In this document: positions 27,051-41,186 of the stretch, in pieces
Numbering within the stretch: the stretch's first letter is position 1
Layout of the letters: the number at the start of each line of letters is the position of its first letter
Origin: Cycas panzhihuaensis
Lineage: Eukaryota > Plantae > Cycadophyta
Assembly (NCBI GenBank): GCA_023213395.1
Contig: CM041465.1
Location: 172,739,741-172,803,740 of the forward strand
Reading direction: 5' to 3'
DNA: 64,000 bases
Notes under the pieces: generated by a model
Told to the model about the DNA's origin: nothing
Database searches by the model: none
Seen by the model: only the letters and a program-made list of their open reading frames with translations
Translations under genes and position numbers: made by a program

Positions 27051-27687
27051 TAGGGTTTGATTGGAGATTGGAGGATATAAGTGTAGGTGAAAAAATAATC
27101 ACTTAAAAAAGTTACCAAAAATCATATTAATATTTCATAGGCATGATTAAAAAACTGAAAATCATAGTAAAATAAATGAATATCTTTCCTTTTAAAAAAG
27201 AATTACTTGTTCCTCTTAAAAATAAAAATAAAAATTAATAGTCCCCCTTAACAAAGTAAGTGTTTTACTTAAAATATTTAGATTCCAATTTTATTATGAA
27301 TAAGATAAATTAATTTGCTAGTGTCAGTTATCAAGCAAAAGGTTATAAAAAATTAATAATAATACAGAGAAAAAGATATATTAAAATTTAAAAAAGAAAA
27401 TTTTATTAATTTGTTTATTAAATCAATCAAAAAATATAATTATAATTCTAGTGTTGAAAAAGAGATTTAGTTTTTAAAAAGTTTTTATTGATTAAAGAAG
27501 GGAACTATATTAAAATGATATTATGTTATAGGGGGAACACTATAGTGAAGGTGATAAAGTAAATAAAAAAGAGTTAATATCCTAATACGAGTATTATATA
27601 TAGTAGTTGATTTATTTAATTGCCTTAAGATGTAAAATAATATTGAAGAAATTTTAGTCTAAAACTAATTTGGCTTAATTTGCAAGG

Positions 27688-28440
<753 letters not shown>

Positions 28441-29761
28441 AATTGAAAAGGAAATAGGCGGGCAGACCTAACAAGGTTAAAATATTTATAAAACAAAATT
28501 AATTTTAATTATTATTTGGGGTCCGAGGATGGAAAGGGAAGAAACCCTACTTACGACAGTTATTTGATGCAGTGCTTCTTTGTTTTCTCTCATCGGCTGG
28601 TTGTAGGCTGCATAGATCGAGGAGGAGGCAATGGTGAGAGTGAAAATCTATGATGGCATCTTTAGTGTATAGTCCCCGCTAGCTCTTGAAGGAAGTCTTG
28701 CTCAATCGAACCCTCTCAAATCTAGTCCACTGGGCCTGATCCTCCGACCGCTTGGCTCGACGAGTTAAGAAAGACTAAAGATCAGAGCAACTCTTGATAA
28801 TATTGATGCAGGCAACTATGATGAGTTGCTACTTCCTGAAGGACATGCACCTGAATATCTGGCTCTAAATAAATCTATTCTTAAAGTGGTCAAGTGGTGG
28901 CTTCATTTTCTTTGCGGTGCAATAATAACAAATAATGTAAAGAGAGGGACGGCAAGCAACGTGTGGCTGAACGCAAGGACGGTTCTAGTTTTCCTTTAAC
29001 TTTCATGGGACGAAAGGCAGTAATTATAGGATTTGAGACATGACACGTCGGACCGACTGAATTGTTCAATTAAGAAATTAAACAGGTTTAAGGTAGTAGA
29101 TGGAGTAACCGGCCAGACTATAATCGAGAGTGACAATGGTATCCTTTTACCTTGACATCCTAGGAGGATTGTTAATTAAGCTCTAGCAGTAGGGTAATAC
29201 AGAAAATACCCCACAAATGGAGAGGGATGAATGGCTGCTATCAATTTCAATGAATAAAAATAATGCAAGAAATATGGTTTGGTTCACGTGTCATACCTTT
29301 GTTGAAAGCGAAGGGCATCTGCAACCCTTTATCTTAGTCTGTGCAATTGGGAGGCTCGACCTGGGCCAATGCCAATTATGGCAGTCCATGTGACCAGTCG
29401 TAGGTCTGGGTATATTAATTAAAGTAGGATGGTATCTGATTCTTTGTCGCTTTCTGAACTAGCGTTTATTATTGATCTGAGTCAGGAAGGAACATTCGCC
29501 TGTGAGTACCCATCATCATCTATAGTATCCCCTGATCAAGTCCTCCTCCTCGTGGTTTCTGTGGAGATTCGACCACTTCTTTTTTCTTCAATGGGTATAA
29601 TCAATGGAGGAGTACATGGACTTGTATATTTTGGAATAACGTTTGCAAGCTTTGGCCAAGAGGATTGCACCTAATAGTCATAACCAAAAAAACATGTTCA
29701 CCATTTTCTCTCTTTTGTAACAATGATACCAGCTCTAGGCATGCAACAAAATGGAAATGTA

Positions 29762-30207
29762 TGTTAAAATAGGTACAGGCACAATGTCACAGGATCACAA
29801 AGACAGAAAATTACAAGAAAACAAACATTGCACATGTACACAGATTTTGCCATGTGGAAAACCCCTTGAAGAAAAACCACCTCCTAAAGCTATGATTTTA
29901 TTTAGATCTGTAACTATACAAAGACCATAAGAATACCATCTACATATAACAAACCAACCTTTGAAATAGGCTTTAGACAACCTCCTAGATTCTCGAAACC
30001 ACCTCCTTAAATTTAGGAGAAGATATTAATAACAAGAAAGGTTCGTTAAAGTGGGCAGTTGCACATTTCAATGACCTTTCACATAATAATTAAATAATAA
30101 CATTCACTCGTAACTTTAAACCTTTGAATCACTTAAATGTTTATTTACACATGTAACATAAAATAAAACATAACAATTAAATAAAAGTAACATTAATAAT
30201 CCTAATA
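29762..30207 (-). repeat. 5' LTR of copia 1
   Basis: Matches 22335-22785. Confidence 0.93.
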
Positions 30208-30690
30208 GTTTCTAAAGAAATAATGCCCTCTAATCTTCTAATTTAGATGTAAGATCAAGTTAATATCACCTATAATAATCTAATTTTAAAGATTCCCCAA
30301 TTTATCATCTTGTCACACTTCAACCTAATAATCTTTGTCTAAAGAAAATTAATTTGGACCATAAGCATTGGTGATGTTTATCACTTATTATTGTCCAAAG
30401 ATTAAACAATGACCCTAATCTTGTCCTTACTTTTGATTGATTCCATTAATTAAACAGTCTTATTTTCCTATAAAGAGTAATATATATATGGATTGCCTAT
30501 GAGTATTAATGGTTGCAATTGAGTATCTATTATTATTCCATGTTTGATTTGATGCTTTTGAATCATCTTCTAACAACTTAATTTCTTGAAGAAGGATAAC
30601 ATCAAGGTTTCATTCCCTGATTTGCTCTTTAAGGATTTATTTTGAGGAGAGCAAACTCAACCCCCTAATATTCCATGACACCACAATCAT
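30208..30690 (-). pseudogene. LINE ORF2 start, AP-endonuclease N-terminal part
   Basis: ATG at 30690: MIVVSWNIRG...DVILLQEIK...INTHRQ...IIIGDIN. Confidence 0.82.
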
Positions 30691-30699
30691 TTTTGTTTA

Positions 30700-32165
30700 G
30701 AACAAAATGAGCCCTATCTTTTTTTTATCCACCTTTAGATTAACTAGGGATCTTGCTTCTTATATCCCTATAATCTATTTAAGAATAAGTAGTTGTGACT
30801 GAAATAATACCACACTAAGCTTTAGGCAGCAACATCCTATAATCCTTAAGAGTAACTTCACCAATGGTAAACTCTTGGATCACTTTACACTCTTTATTTT
30901 CCTGAAGATTTTAAGTCTTTACTATTATGTTTATTTCTTGGGTCTTACTTTTAAGATTCACATTCACCTCATTCTTTAAACGATGGGATGGATCCTAAGT
31001 AAGTACTAGGTTGCTTGTATTACCTACATCTAGGATTGGTGATTAACAAAGATTAGGATATGCTAACAAGGGTGGTGCTAGATTGATTTATTCATCCCTA
31101 TTTTGACCATCGGCCCCTTCTTCTTACCAACCCCACTTTCTAATGATCCATGTTTTGATGCTTGGAACTTACCACTTATGGTCTCATCTAAGTCAAATAA
31201 TATTTGAAACTTATTAGATACACCCTGATACTACCTTGGCCTATGACTATTTCCCTAATCTCTTTTAGAACAAAATCTCTTTTGAGTAGGAACAAAGCCG
31301 TTGTCATTGCCATGATCCATTATTGGTTTGGGATTAATACCCTTATAAGGACAATCATACACAAAGTACTCACATTAATGGTAGAAACCACACTTGTATG
31401 AAACTTAATCATGGTCTAAACCATATATTTAGGAATAATTACCCATGATGATTTCAACCTATTTAAGAAGGCCATCAGATACATCTACCTCAATATAGAT
31501 GTACATGAAAGATATGAACCTTCATTGAATGGTTACCTATGTTGTCCTTAAAAAATGCTTGATGGATAATCTAATAGCCTAAAATGATTTCTCACTTCAT
31601 AAATGTAAAGGAAGTAAGGTAACTTGACCCATACAGGAATAGTATTTGGAATTTCCTGCTTTGTGTTAAAAGATAGGTCCTAATACTTCATAAATAGGCT
31701 ATTATGGGCCATAAACCAAGGTCACATTTCAAAGATTATATTCTTGTCATGAGCACTTTTGAATATAACAAAAAATCCATAGACTATGTTATAGAATTTG
31801 GGTTACTTTAAGATAAGCGGAACTTAGTTATTATAAATCCATGAGTACAACCCATACATAGATAGCTAAAGGTTGAAAAAATAATAAATCATTCCTCTTA
31901 TAACTAAAGAATGAAGCTCCTCAAAGTAAAATCTTGAGTTAAGAATAATATAAGGATTTTACATCTTGCACCTAATATAGGTGCCTTACATTATGGGCTA
32001 CTCCTTCCCCCTCATAACATATGTGGGATGTAAGGGTGGGGACTCATCCCTACGATAAGAGAGTGAATTTGATGCATCCATCAATAAGAGCTAGATTAAA
32101 CCATACTACTGAGAAAATCCTATCCTTACACATCCATTACTGTCTATTATCCTCTCACCTCCCAT
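30700..32165 (-). pseudogene. LINE ORF1 (DUF4283-like with decayed zinc knuckle)
   Basis: PWFMAHNSLFMK...IPVWVKLP (~31620-31720); YDQVSYKCGFYH...CMIV (~31350-31410). Limits approximate. Confidence 0.6.
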
Positions 32166-32169
32166 AACT

Positions 32170-33340
32170 AAGACATGAGTATTTTTTAAATTAAAGGAAA
32201 TTACTAAATATTCATGATGACCATCATGTGTAGTAAAAATAGTTTTATATACATTAGATTTATGAATATTAACTTGATGATAATGACTCTCAAGTCTATT
32301 TTTGAGAAGGTACAACTTCCTCTTATACTATTAGACAAATTATTTATCATAGAAAGAGGGATTTTGCCCTTGATAATAATTTTATTTAAAGCTCTATAGT
32401 TAAGACACATTTGTATTATGTTGTTCTTCATACGTACACGTAAGACTAGAGGCCCATAAAGGGATTTAAAAGGCTAAATTAATCTTTTTTCTACTAAATC
32501 CTATATCTGATATTGCACCTCTTCTTTTTTCTCTTAGCTCAAATGGTAGGTGCTCTATAAGTAGTCCTTGATCCCTCTTCTAAGATAATATGATGATCTA
32601 CTTCCCTATGGATAGGCAAACCAATAGGTAAATCATTAAGGAAAGCATCACTAAATTCTTTAAATTTTATAGTTATCTTAGGCGAGCAATCTTTATGTTC
32701 CTCATTAAGTGGTTCTCTCATCTAATTAATAACAACTATGTAATTTGTTAAAGAAGCTTTCATTGTGGTTCTCTTTAATTACATATCAGAGACCATCATA
32801 ATACTCCTTAGAGTGTTATTTCCTTATAATTATAGATGATTTCCTTAATGAATAAAATCTAGTATATATTTCCTTAATAAAATATGTATATCTAATGCAT
32901 GCAATTATTGTTGCCCTAAGATTGCATCATAGATATTAAAATCTATGTTATCGTAATACTCATGTATTTGTACTGATGCTTATACGATATACTCATCCCA
33001 AACATTGGTTCCTTGACCATTTATTAACTCCACCTAATATTCATAATCAATTGGTTGTGTAAGGAGCTTTAACTTCTTGTAAAAGTTTATAGAAATAAAA
33101 TTATGAGAGCACCTACTATCAACTATTATTATTGTATCAATCCCATTAAACTTCCCTTTAATGAGAAATAAGTTTATATGATGAAAATCCTCAAAGAATC
33201 TCATAGGGATGATCTCTTTAGTTACCTTACTCACATAGACCACTGAAGTAATCTTTGTTGGTGCCTTATTTTGACTATATTATGGTTTTGAATAAAATCC
33301 ACCTTACTTATTGGGATAATTTATTACTATATGGTCTAAT
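32170..33340 (-). mobile_element. Ty3/gypsy (chromovirus-like) fragment: gag knuckle end, protease, RT N-terminal half
   Basis: IIVDSRCSHNFIS (protease), HREVDHHIILEEG, MCLNYRALNK, FSKIDL, HHEYLVISFNLKN. Truncated on both sides by insertions. Confidence 0.8.
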
Positions 33341-34055
33341 TGTTTATAAGCAAAAGGATAACAAAATGCTTTCAGTGAATACATGATAATATGTGTTCTA
33401 GATGAGAATAAGAGTAAGTATGCATACAAGGACATAAACAAGAACACATGATAGTATGTGCCCAGATTCAAGTGTTACATCCCAAATTAGATGACATCAA
33501 CCTTCTAAGTTTTCATATGGTCATATGACTATTATATTAATAATTAAGTGTAATCATGATGAAAAGGTGCTATGTTGAGAAAAGGAATGGTTGTAACCAT
33601 AGGTCAAAACCATTCCTCTAAATGCATGTAATCTAGTATATATTTATTATTTTCTCACTGTTTTGGATATGAGAGCCAAGTTATTTGACCTTGTATCATG
33701 CTCTCAAGGGTATGGGGCAAGAGTATTGTGATGTACATGTAAATTTATGGTGTCATTTCTTAATGAAATCAAAGTTACAAGGGAAATATTATGAAATTAT
33801 GTAATATATTTCTTTGATGAGAATGATAGTGATGATATGATGATGTTATGATATTATAGTGATGATATATGATATTATTGTAATGATAAGATGATGTTAT
33901 GATTCTATTGTAATAATGTTGTTGAATTCATGAGTATGTGTATATGGTTGTAAGCGTGAACAAGTGGCCATTATGTTTGTTGAAAAAATATATGGCCAAG
34001 ATCAATAGCTCTAATACCAAGTTAAATTATATGATCAAATATACAATCAAGACTC

Positions 34056-34121
34056 TGAATTATGAAGCCATACAGGTGAAATAATAAATGAATTATGAAG
34101 CCATACAGGTGAAATAATAAA
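34056..34121. repeat. Perfect 33-bp tandem duplication within an LTR
   Basis: TGAATTATGAAGCCATACAGGTGAAATAATAAA twice; single copy in the partner LTR. Confidence 0.92.
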
Positions 34122-36019
34122 TGAATAAATATGTATAAATATACATAACATAATATACTTGTGGAAAATGATCACCTGTAAATTATATTATGAAAAGTCA
34201 ATATATATTTATAAACATACACTACCTCATGGCTATCTAATCAAATATCATAACCTACTTGGTCAATCAATGACTATGTATATTAAGAAGTGCGTGCACT
34301 ATGACCCCTTAGTGTACATTAAAGAGGAAAACTTATCAATTTAATAATCACATGTTATACATTACTTAACATTCCCCCCTTAATGTTTAATCTCTACTAC
34401 ATACTTACTTCAATTATGATGCTTGGTCCATATAAAATCCAAACATCTATTAGAGTATATGAGTAATCAGTTGTTATACCTACTAATCCTCTATAATAAC
34501 CTTCATATACATGATTCGCAAATATTTACTTACCAAGTAACCTTCACCTACTCCTATTTTTCTTGTTTCTAGTTTTTTCTAACTGAGGTTGCATCTCTAA
34601 AAGAAAATTGAGCTAAAAAATCACAACCACATGCACTACACTATAGAACAAACCTATAGAAATGGTTATCTAAGTAAAATCATATGGTAAAATACATCTT
34701 TTTCTAGGCATAGGCTCTAATCTAATTTTAACATATGTAATGCTCAATCAAACTAAAGTCTAAACTTCAAGTTATTAAACTTGCCTTAAAAAATATCTAA
34801 AGCATATTATATGACTAGCCATTATGAATCCATATGAATTAGTTATCCAATTCAATTGATGGAACTAAAATCAAATGTTATATGAGGGAGATACCACCAT
34901 TTTTGTAAGCATAAGTAATTTACTAGATTAAAAATGTTAAAAATAAAAAATAGCCCCTTTGGCTTGGTTCTAAGGCACATGAAAACACCCCATGTGATCT
35001 CCCTTAGAGACTTTGAAGGCTTTAATAAAATTTATAAAATAGTTTTATTTTATTTCTAATAATTTATAACTTTATGTTAATGAAATTTGTCAATGGCCTG
35101 ACTACCATTTGAACCATGGCCTACATACGAGCTGTGGAGGGAATTTTAATGCATGTAGCTCCTAAACATATTTCTTATCAAAATCTTTGATCTATAGGTG
35201 CTTTCAATAGTGATTTAATACCATAGAAGAATATGACATTCTCCAAAAATACTAGAAATAAAAGAAAATGAGAAAATAGAAGTTAGGAGGTATCCAACTT
35301 ACTAATAATGCACCCAACTCACCCATGAAGCTATCCAACATATAAACATACTAGAGAAATAGACAAACATCACTATTCTTCATAAATTATCATCTACAAA
35401 TAACATAATTACTAAATAGAGAAGCTATGGAAGAAAAATAGGCTAAACCCATTGAGGATATACCCAACCACCAACATAACTACACAAATCTTTGATGTAG
35501 CCTTAACACATAACTATGGCTCTCTAAAAAACTAGCTATAGATCTCTATCTACCTCTTACATTCCTCATAAAATTAGTTGTAACTTAATAACAAAGGATA
35601 TCTCTCCATCACACAATAATATACCATCAAAATAACAATAATTTTTCTTATTAATAGGGTGGTGCACCTTGTAAAGAACCCAATGAACCTATAATTCTCT
35701 CATTGCACACCTCTTGGCTAATAAATTCTTTAGATGTATAGGTTTATATCATTAATAAACACACTCAACATCTTATAGCCCTTATAAAATAAACAATAAT
35801 AATATTAACAAAAAGAATAATGCACCAAAATCAAATCATATTACTAAATATTTTATTTCATATAAAATAATAATGTACAAGCATATTTATAATATAAAAT
35901 GGATTTTGTATGGGCTCCATAATATTTTTCCAATATCACATAATACAAAAATGTACATTATCACCTATTTACACTTCTAAATTTTCTCTAATGCTTGCCT
36001 ATAATATACATTTAGGAAA

Positions 36020-39000
36020 ATACACTAATTTTATCTAAACTAATTATGCTTAAGCTTGGATAATGCCTCAGTGAAAGTATCTATAAATTAATCTTGAATT
36101 TTTTATTGAAGTGGTTTAATTTTTCCTTATTATACTAGCTTCTAAATGTAATAATGCTTGATCTTAGAGTGTTTTATTCTTCTATACAAAGCTTTGTTCT
36201 TTGTCATCTAAATTGCATCCTAGTTGTCGCAATGAATCATTGTCTGTTCAATCTGAGTTTGATATAGATTTCATGATATTCTTTTGAGCCATACTACTTC
36301 ATAAACTACTACTTCAACTTCTTTATACTCTACTTCAATTTTAGATAAAAATATTATTGGTTGTTTCTTCATATTCCTTGTAGTTGCAGTTGAACCAATG
36401 TTGAAAACATGGCCTGAAATAATTTTTTTATCTTTAATATCATTTACCCAATCAACATCTATATAACTAATTAACTTACATTTATTTGATGAAGTATATT
36501 GAAGTCTATAATCCAAAGTTCCTTTCATGTATATGAGAATCCTTTTTGTTATAGTCTAATATTCTTGTTTAGAATTTGACACGAATCTTAAAGTCAAATT
36601 TATTGCATATGCAATATTTGGTTAAGTATGTATTAGATAAATCAAGTTTCTTATCAATTGATAATACATAGTAAGACCAACTAAAATAGATTCTTCATTT
36701 TTACTTAACTTTAACTTGACACTTAGATTGTAATTGCTCATATTAAACTTTTTCAAAATATCCATAATATATTTACTTTATGACATATGAATGCTACTTT
36801 TACTTGGGTACATTTTAATACTAAGAAAATAATGCAATTATCCCAAGTATATCATTTCAAATTCTAAATTCATAGCATCTTTGAATTCTTGAAATATCTC
36901 ATCAATGTTTCCTGTATAAATAAGATCATTAATATAAAGTACAACAACCAAGATAGAATTACTAGTAATCTTCACATATAAATTAGGATCTAAAGGTCTT
37001 TTCTAGAATCCTTTGTCTTGAAAATACCTACTAATCCTAGAATACTGTGCTCTTAGAGGTTATTTCAATCCATGAAAAAGTTTCTTTAATCTATAAACTA
37101 GGTTTTCATTAACTTTAACTTTAAATCCTTGAGGTTGGGATACATAAATTTCTTCATCAAAATAACCATTAAAAAATATTAAATTAACATCCATTTGATA
37201 TATTATCCAACTTTGATGGGCAACTAAGAATAAGACACTCTTGATTATGTCCATCTTAGCAACATGAATAAATATTTATTTATAGTCAATTCCTTCTTAT
37301 TGAGCATAACCTTTTGTAATAAACCTTGCTTTGTATTTATTAGTTATACTATCAACTTTCTATTTAGTCTTGTATACCCACTTAGTTCTAATCATATATT
37401 TACTAATAGGTAACTGTACTAAATCCCATGTCTTATTTCTATGCAAAGCATTATATTTAGCTTTTATAACTTGAATTTAATTTTTACTTTTAATAACTTC
37501 ATCGAATGTTTGAGGTTCATCACTTTGTATTACTTGAGTCATTAAGGCATAATTAACTATAGCTTATGATCTTATCAACCTTCTTCTAAAATTTGTGTCA
37601 AAACTATCATTCAAATTATGACTTCTGACAAGCTATTTAAGACCTTTACTTTACTCTTGACTAGAATTTGAATTTAAAATTGATTCATCTTTTAAAGATT
37701 AAGTAGTTTCAATATAAATTATAATTTCTTTGATACTTTTATTCACTTAAGTAGTCTATGAAAATAGATTTTATACTCTAGCTTTTCTAACTTTATTTTC
37801 TTTTCATAAAGAATATATGCATATGAAACACAACCAAATATTTTTAAATTACTCACCTTAGGTTTAGAACCTATCCAAGCTTCTTCCATAGTTAAGTCCC
37901 ATATGCCTTATTAGGACTTCTATTCAATAAATGAACTACAATATTTACCACTTCTGCTAAAAATTTATTACTAAGTTCTTTTGATTTAAATATACATCTT
38001 GACATTTCCATAATAGTTCTTATTTTCTTTTTAAATACTCCATTTTGGTGAGGTGAATATAGAGTTGTGAAATATCTTCTTAGTTCAACTTTATTACAAA
38101 AATCTTTAAAAATATTTGATATGAATTCTCTCCTATCATCTAAACAAAGAATCTTTAGCTTGTATCCACTTTGTATTTTGACCATTACACTGAATTTAAC
38201 AAATATAAAAAATGTTTTAGATTTTTCCTTGAGAATGTATATCCAAATCTTTCTTCTAAAATCATCAACTAAGATTATGAAATATCTAAGACTTCCAAAT
38301 AATAACATCTTCATATAACCACACAAATCAACATGTAGTAACTCTAAAGGATATTGGACTTAATATCAAGATTTGGAAAGTTATCTCTATGTTGTTTACC
38401 ATAAATATAACCTTTACATACATCATTATTATTTTGAATGAATGGATGACCTTTTAATATTTCTTTCTTCCTTAAAGCAACAAGTCCACCACACTTGAGT
38501 ATAATGATGATGTTAATATATACTATCATCAATAATTGAAGCATTCAAGACTTAAGTTTTATGTATAAAGCATATGTTTAAATAATATATCATTAGTCAT
38601 TTGATCTTTAGTAATAACCATTCTATTATTTATCACTAATTTTATAAGAATCATTATTAAATACTAATATATATTATTATTTTATCATTTGATTAATAAA
38701 TAATAGGTTTTTTTTTTCAATCTAGATATGACTAAGATATTTTGAATATTTTTGTTTTCTCCATAACACCTTATTTTTTAACTTTTTAAGTATTATCATT
38801 ACTAAAAATATTTTTTTTGTTTCTTATCACTATTTTTAAGCCTTCAAATAAATTAGCATTATAAAATGTAGTTGGAATATACAAAATTAATAGACCATTC
38901 ATCATTTGAAGATTGAGCATTAAAGCTTATATAGAAGAAGTTTTTATTCCTTGATTTATTACTAATTGTATTTACTAAATCAATCTTTCTCACTTAGCAT

Positions 39001-39850
39001 TCATTTATAAAATGACCACAAGTTCTACATCTATAACATAAAGTCATAAAACCTCTTCCTCTTCCTTGAGATGTAAGAATTCTTCTGCTTCCTCAACCTC
39101 TCATGGGACTTCTTTTAGGAGATATTTCTCTTGAGGTATTTCCTTGAAAATTTGCTTGAGAATTTGGTCTCCTAAATCTCCCCTTTAAATGTGTCATCAG
39201 GGCAAAAGCTTATTCTAAATTCTCATTTAAAGTCTTGATTCTTTCTTCTACTATAGTAACCTTGCTTATAATTGATTGATTATCAATATATATAAATCTT
39301 TGGTGACCTTTATAGTAGTAGTAACATTCTCAATTTTTTTGGTTTTACTAATATTCATTAGGATTTTCTCTACAATTCTTTGCTCAAACTTCTTCACCTA
39401 AAGATATTATTTGATTCAATAAATCATGAGTTTTAGTGATAAAATCATTCATAGATTCTGAAGCATGCATCCTAAAATTTTTAAAGTTTCTTCTTAAATT
39501 TTGTAACTTTTCATTAGTAGTACCTTTAAATGTAATTTTTAAAATATTCTATACTTTATGAGAAGTAAAATCATCATACATAGATGGAAATATAAGATTA
39601 TTCATAATGGAAAAAATTAAATTAAGCGTTTTACTATCTTTCTTTTCAAGATCAAAATTTTCCTTTTCTTGATCAGTGGTTAACTAAGTGGCATGTAAAA
39701 TAAGAACATAAACTATATAACCTTTAAACATAACATTTCATAGCTTACGAGAAAATAAAGCAGGTTCATCCTTCTTGACCATATTAAATAATTTTTTTTA
39801 TTAAAGTTAGGAACCACCAAATTTGGTATTAAAGAGATAAATCAACCAAT
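36020..39850 (-). pseudogene. Copia 2 gag-pol, heavily decayed
   Basis: RCRTCGHFINEC knuckle (~39000), LVDDFRRKIWIY/YSPHQNG (INT), IYQMDV...EEIYVSQPQGF (RT), YIDVDW...SGHVF (RH). Confidence 0.88.
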
Positions 39851-40350
39851 GCAAGTGCATAAATCAACCATAAACAGAAGCAAGCAAGAATAATCAAGCA
39901 CATAAATCCCTTAAACTAGGGATATCAATTCTATCCCTCAAATTTGGGACCTTCTTCTAACTCCTTATCCTTAAAAGGACCCTAAAAAATAAATATGAAT
40001 GTTTTTATTAATTACCCATATAACAAGCCTCTAGAGTTTAAAATAAACTTCCCATAAGGTTAAAAAATAGGTAGAAAGAATGTTTATTTAAATGTAAAAA
40101 TAAGAAATCCTTGGTTACTATATAAGGTTCTGACATAAAGAATCAAATTTAAACTAAAAATTCTTAATCAAAACAACTTTAACATGTCTTAAATAATAGC
40201 TAAAAATATAGTGATTTGAGTAGAGATTCCAACGGTTTGGATGATTCAGAAAATAAACTCCTAGATCAAAAGATATTAGTGAAAGAGAACAAGTACATTT
40301 TTGAAGAATAAATCGAGTAACTTAGGGTTTAGCCCTTTTAATTGGTTAGT

Positions 40351-41186
40351 TGATGGCCATATGGATATTACAGGTGATTAGGGGTTGAATCACTAGGGGG
40401 CTAATAGACTTCAGATAGAATTTTAATGCACTTTAATTTTCTAAAAACTTTATTTAAAAAACATAGGTAAGGTAAAATATTCATCCTCTCTACACACAAA
40501 TTTTTGGTTAATGGAAAACTTGTAGAGATGAAATCGATCAAAAAATTGTTTGTAGATTAATTAACTTAATGAAGTGGGATAAACTCTTCATGTAATAAGG
40601 TGTTAAAGTGGATGATGATATAATAAATGATGGTGGTAATGCAAGTCTATATAGGGTTAAAAACAAGTAATGTAGGGGTATAATAAGTGATGAAACTACA
40701 TAAATGATGATGTAGATGTCCACATATAAGTAGGGGCATTCACACAGGGCCTGTAACAACATAATTAAAGATGTGATGAGCTCACAAGATAGAGCATCAA
40801 GCTATGAAGAGAGTCAACCAATGTAGTTACTTAATAGGTAAGGTTCAATATAGTCACTGCACAGGTAATGAATATAATCGAGTGGTGATTAAGATATCAT
40901 TGGGGTAGGTGCTACATAAATCTTCATAATAGAAGGAGGCCATTAACAAGTAGGTATAATAGGTGAAACCACAAACCAAACAAGCCATGAAGAGTAGGAT
41001 CATGAATAAGGGTAAACAATCATGGTATAACCACATGTAGATATAGGTAAAAACTCAATAGAGTAATGCAATCACCTCCTCATAACACAAAGCATAATAG
41101 GCACCAAACACATAGTAGGGTTTCATCTTACAACCATGAATAAGTAGTACAAGCCTTAACTAACAAACTTACTATATTAACCATCA
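40351..41186. mobile_element. Solo LTR (836 bp) in the copia 2 leader
   Basis: Inverted ends TGATGG...CCATCA; TSD TTAGT/TTAGC. Confidence 0.68.

Noticed and set aside
29429-29674. 81-aa ORF as a captured gene
   Set aside because: No recognisable motif; the upstream frame has near-random stop density.
34008-34019. PBS after the 3' LTR suggesting a tandem three-LTR element
   Set aside because: The TSD ATGTT places the terminus at 33978, so this PBS is inside the LTR.
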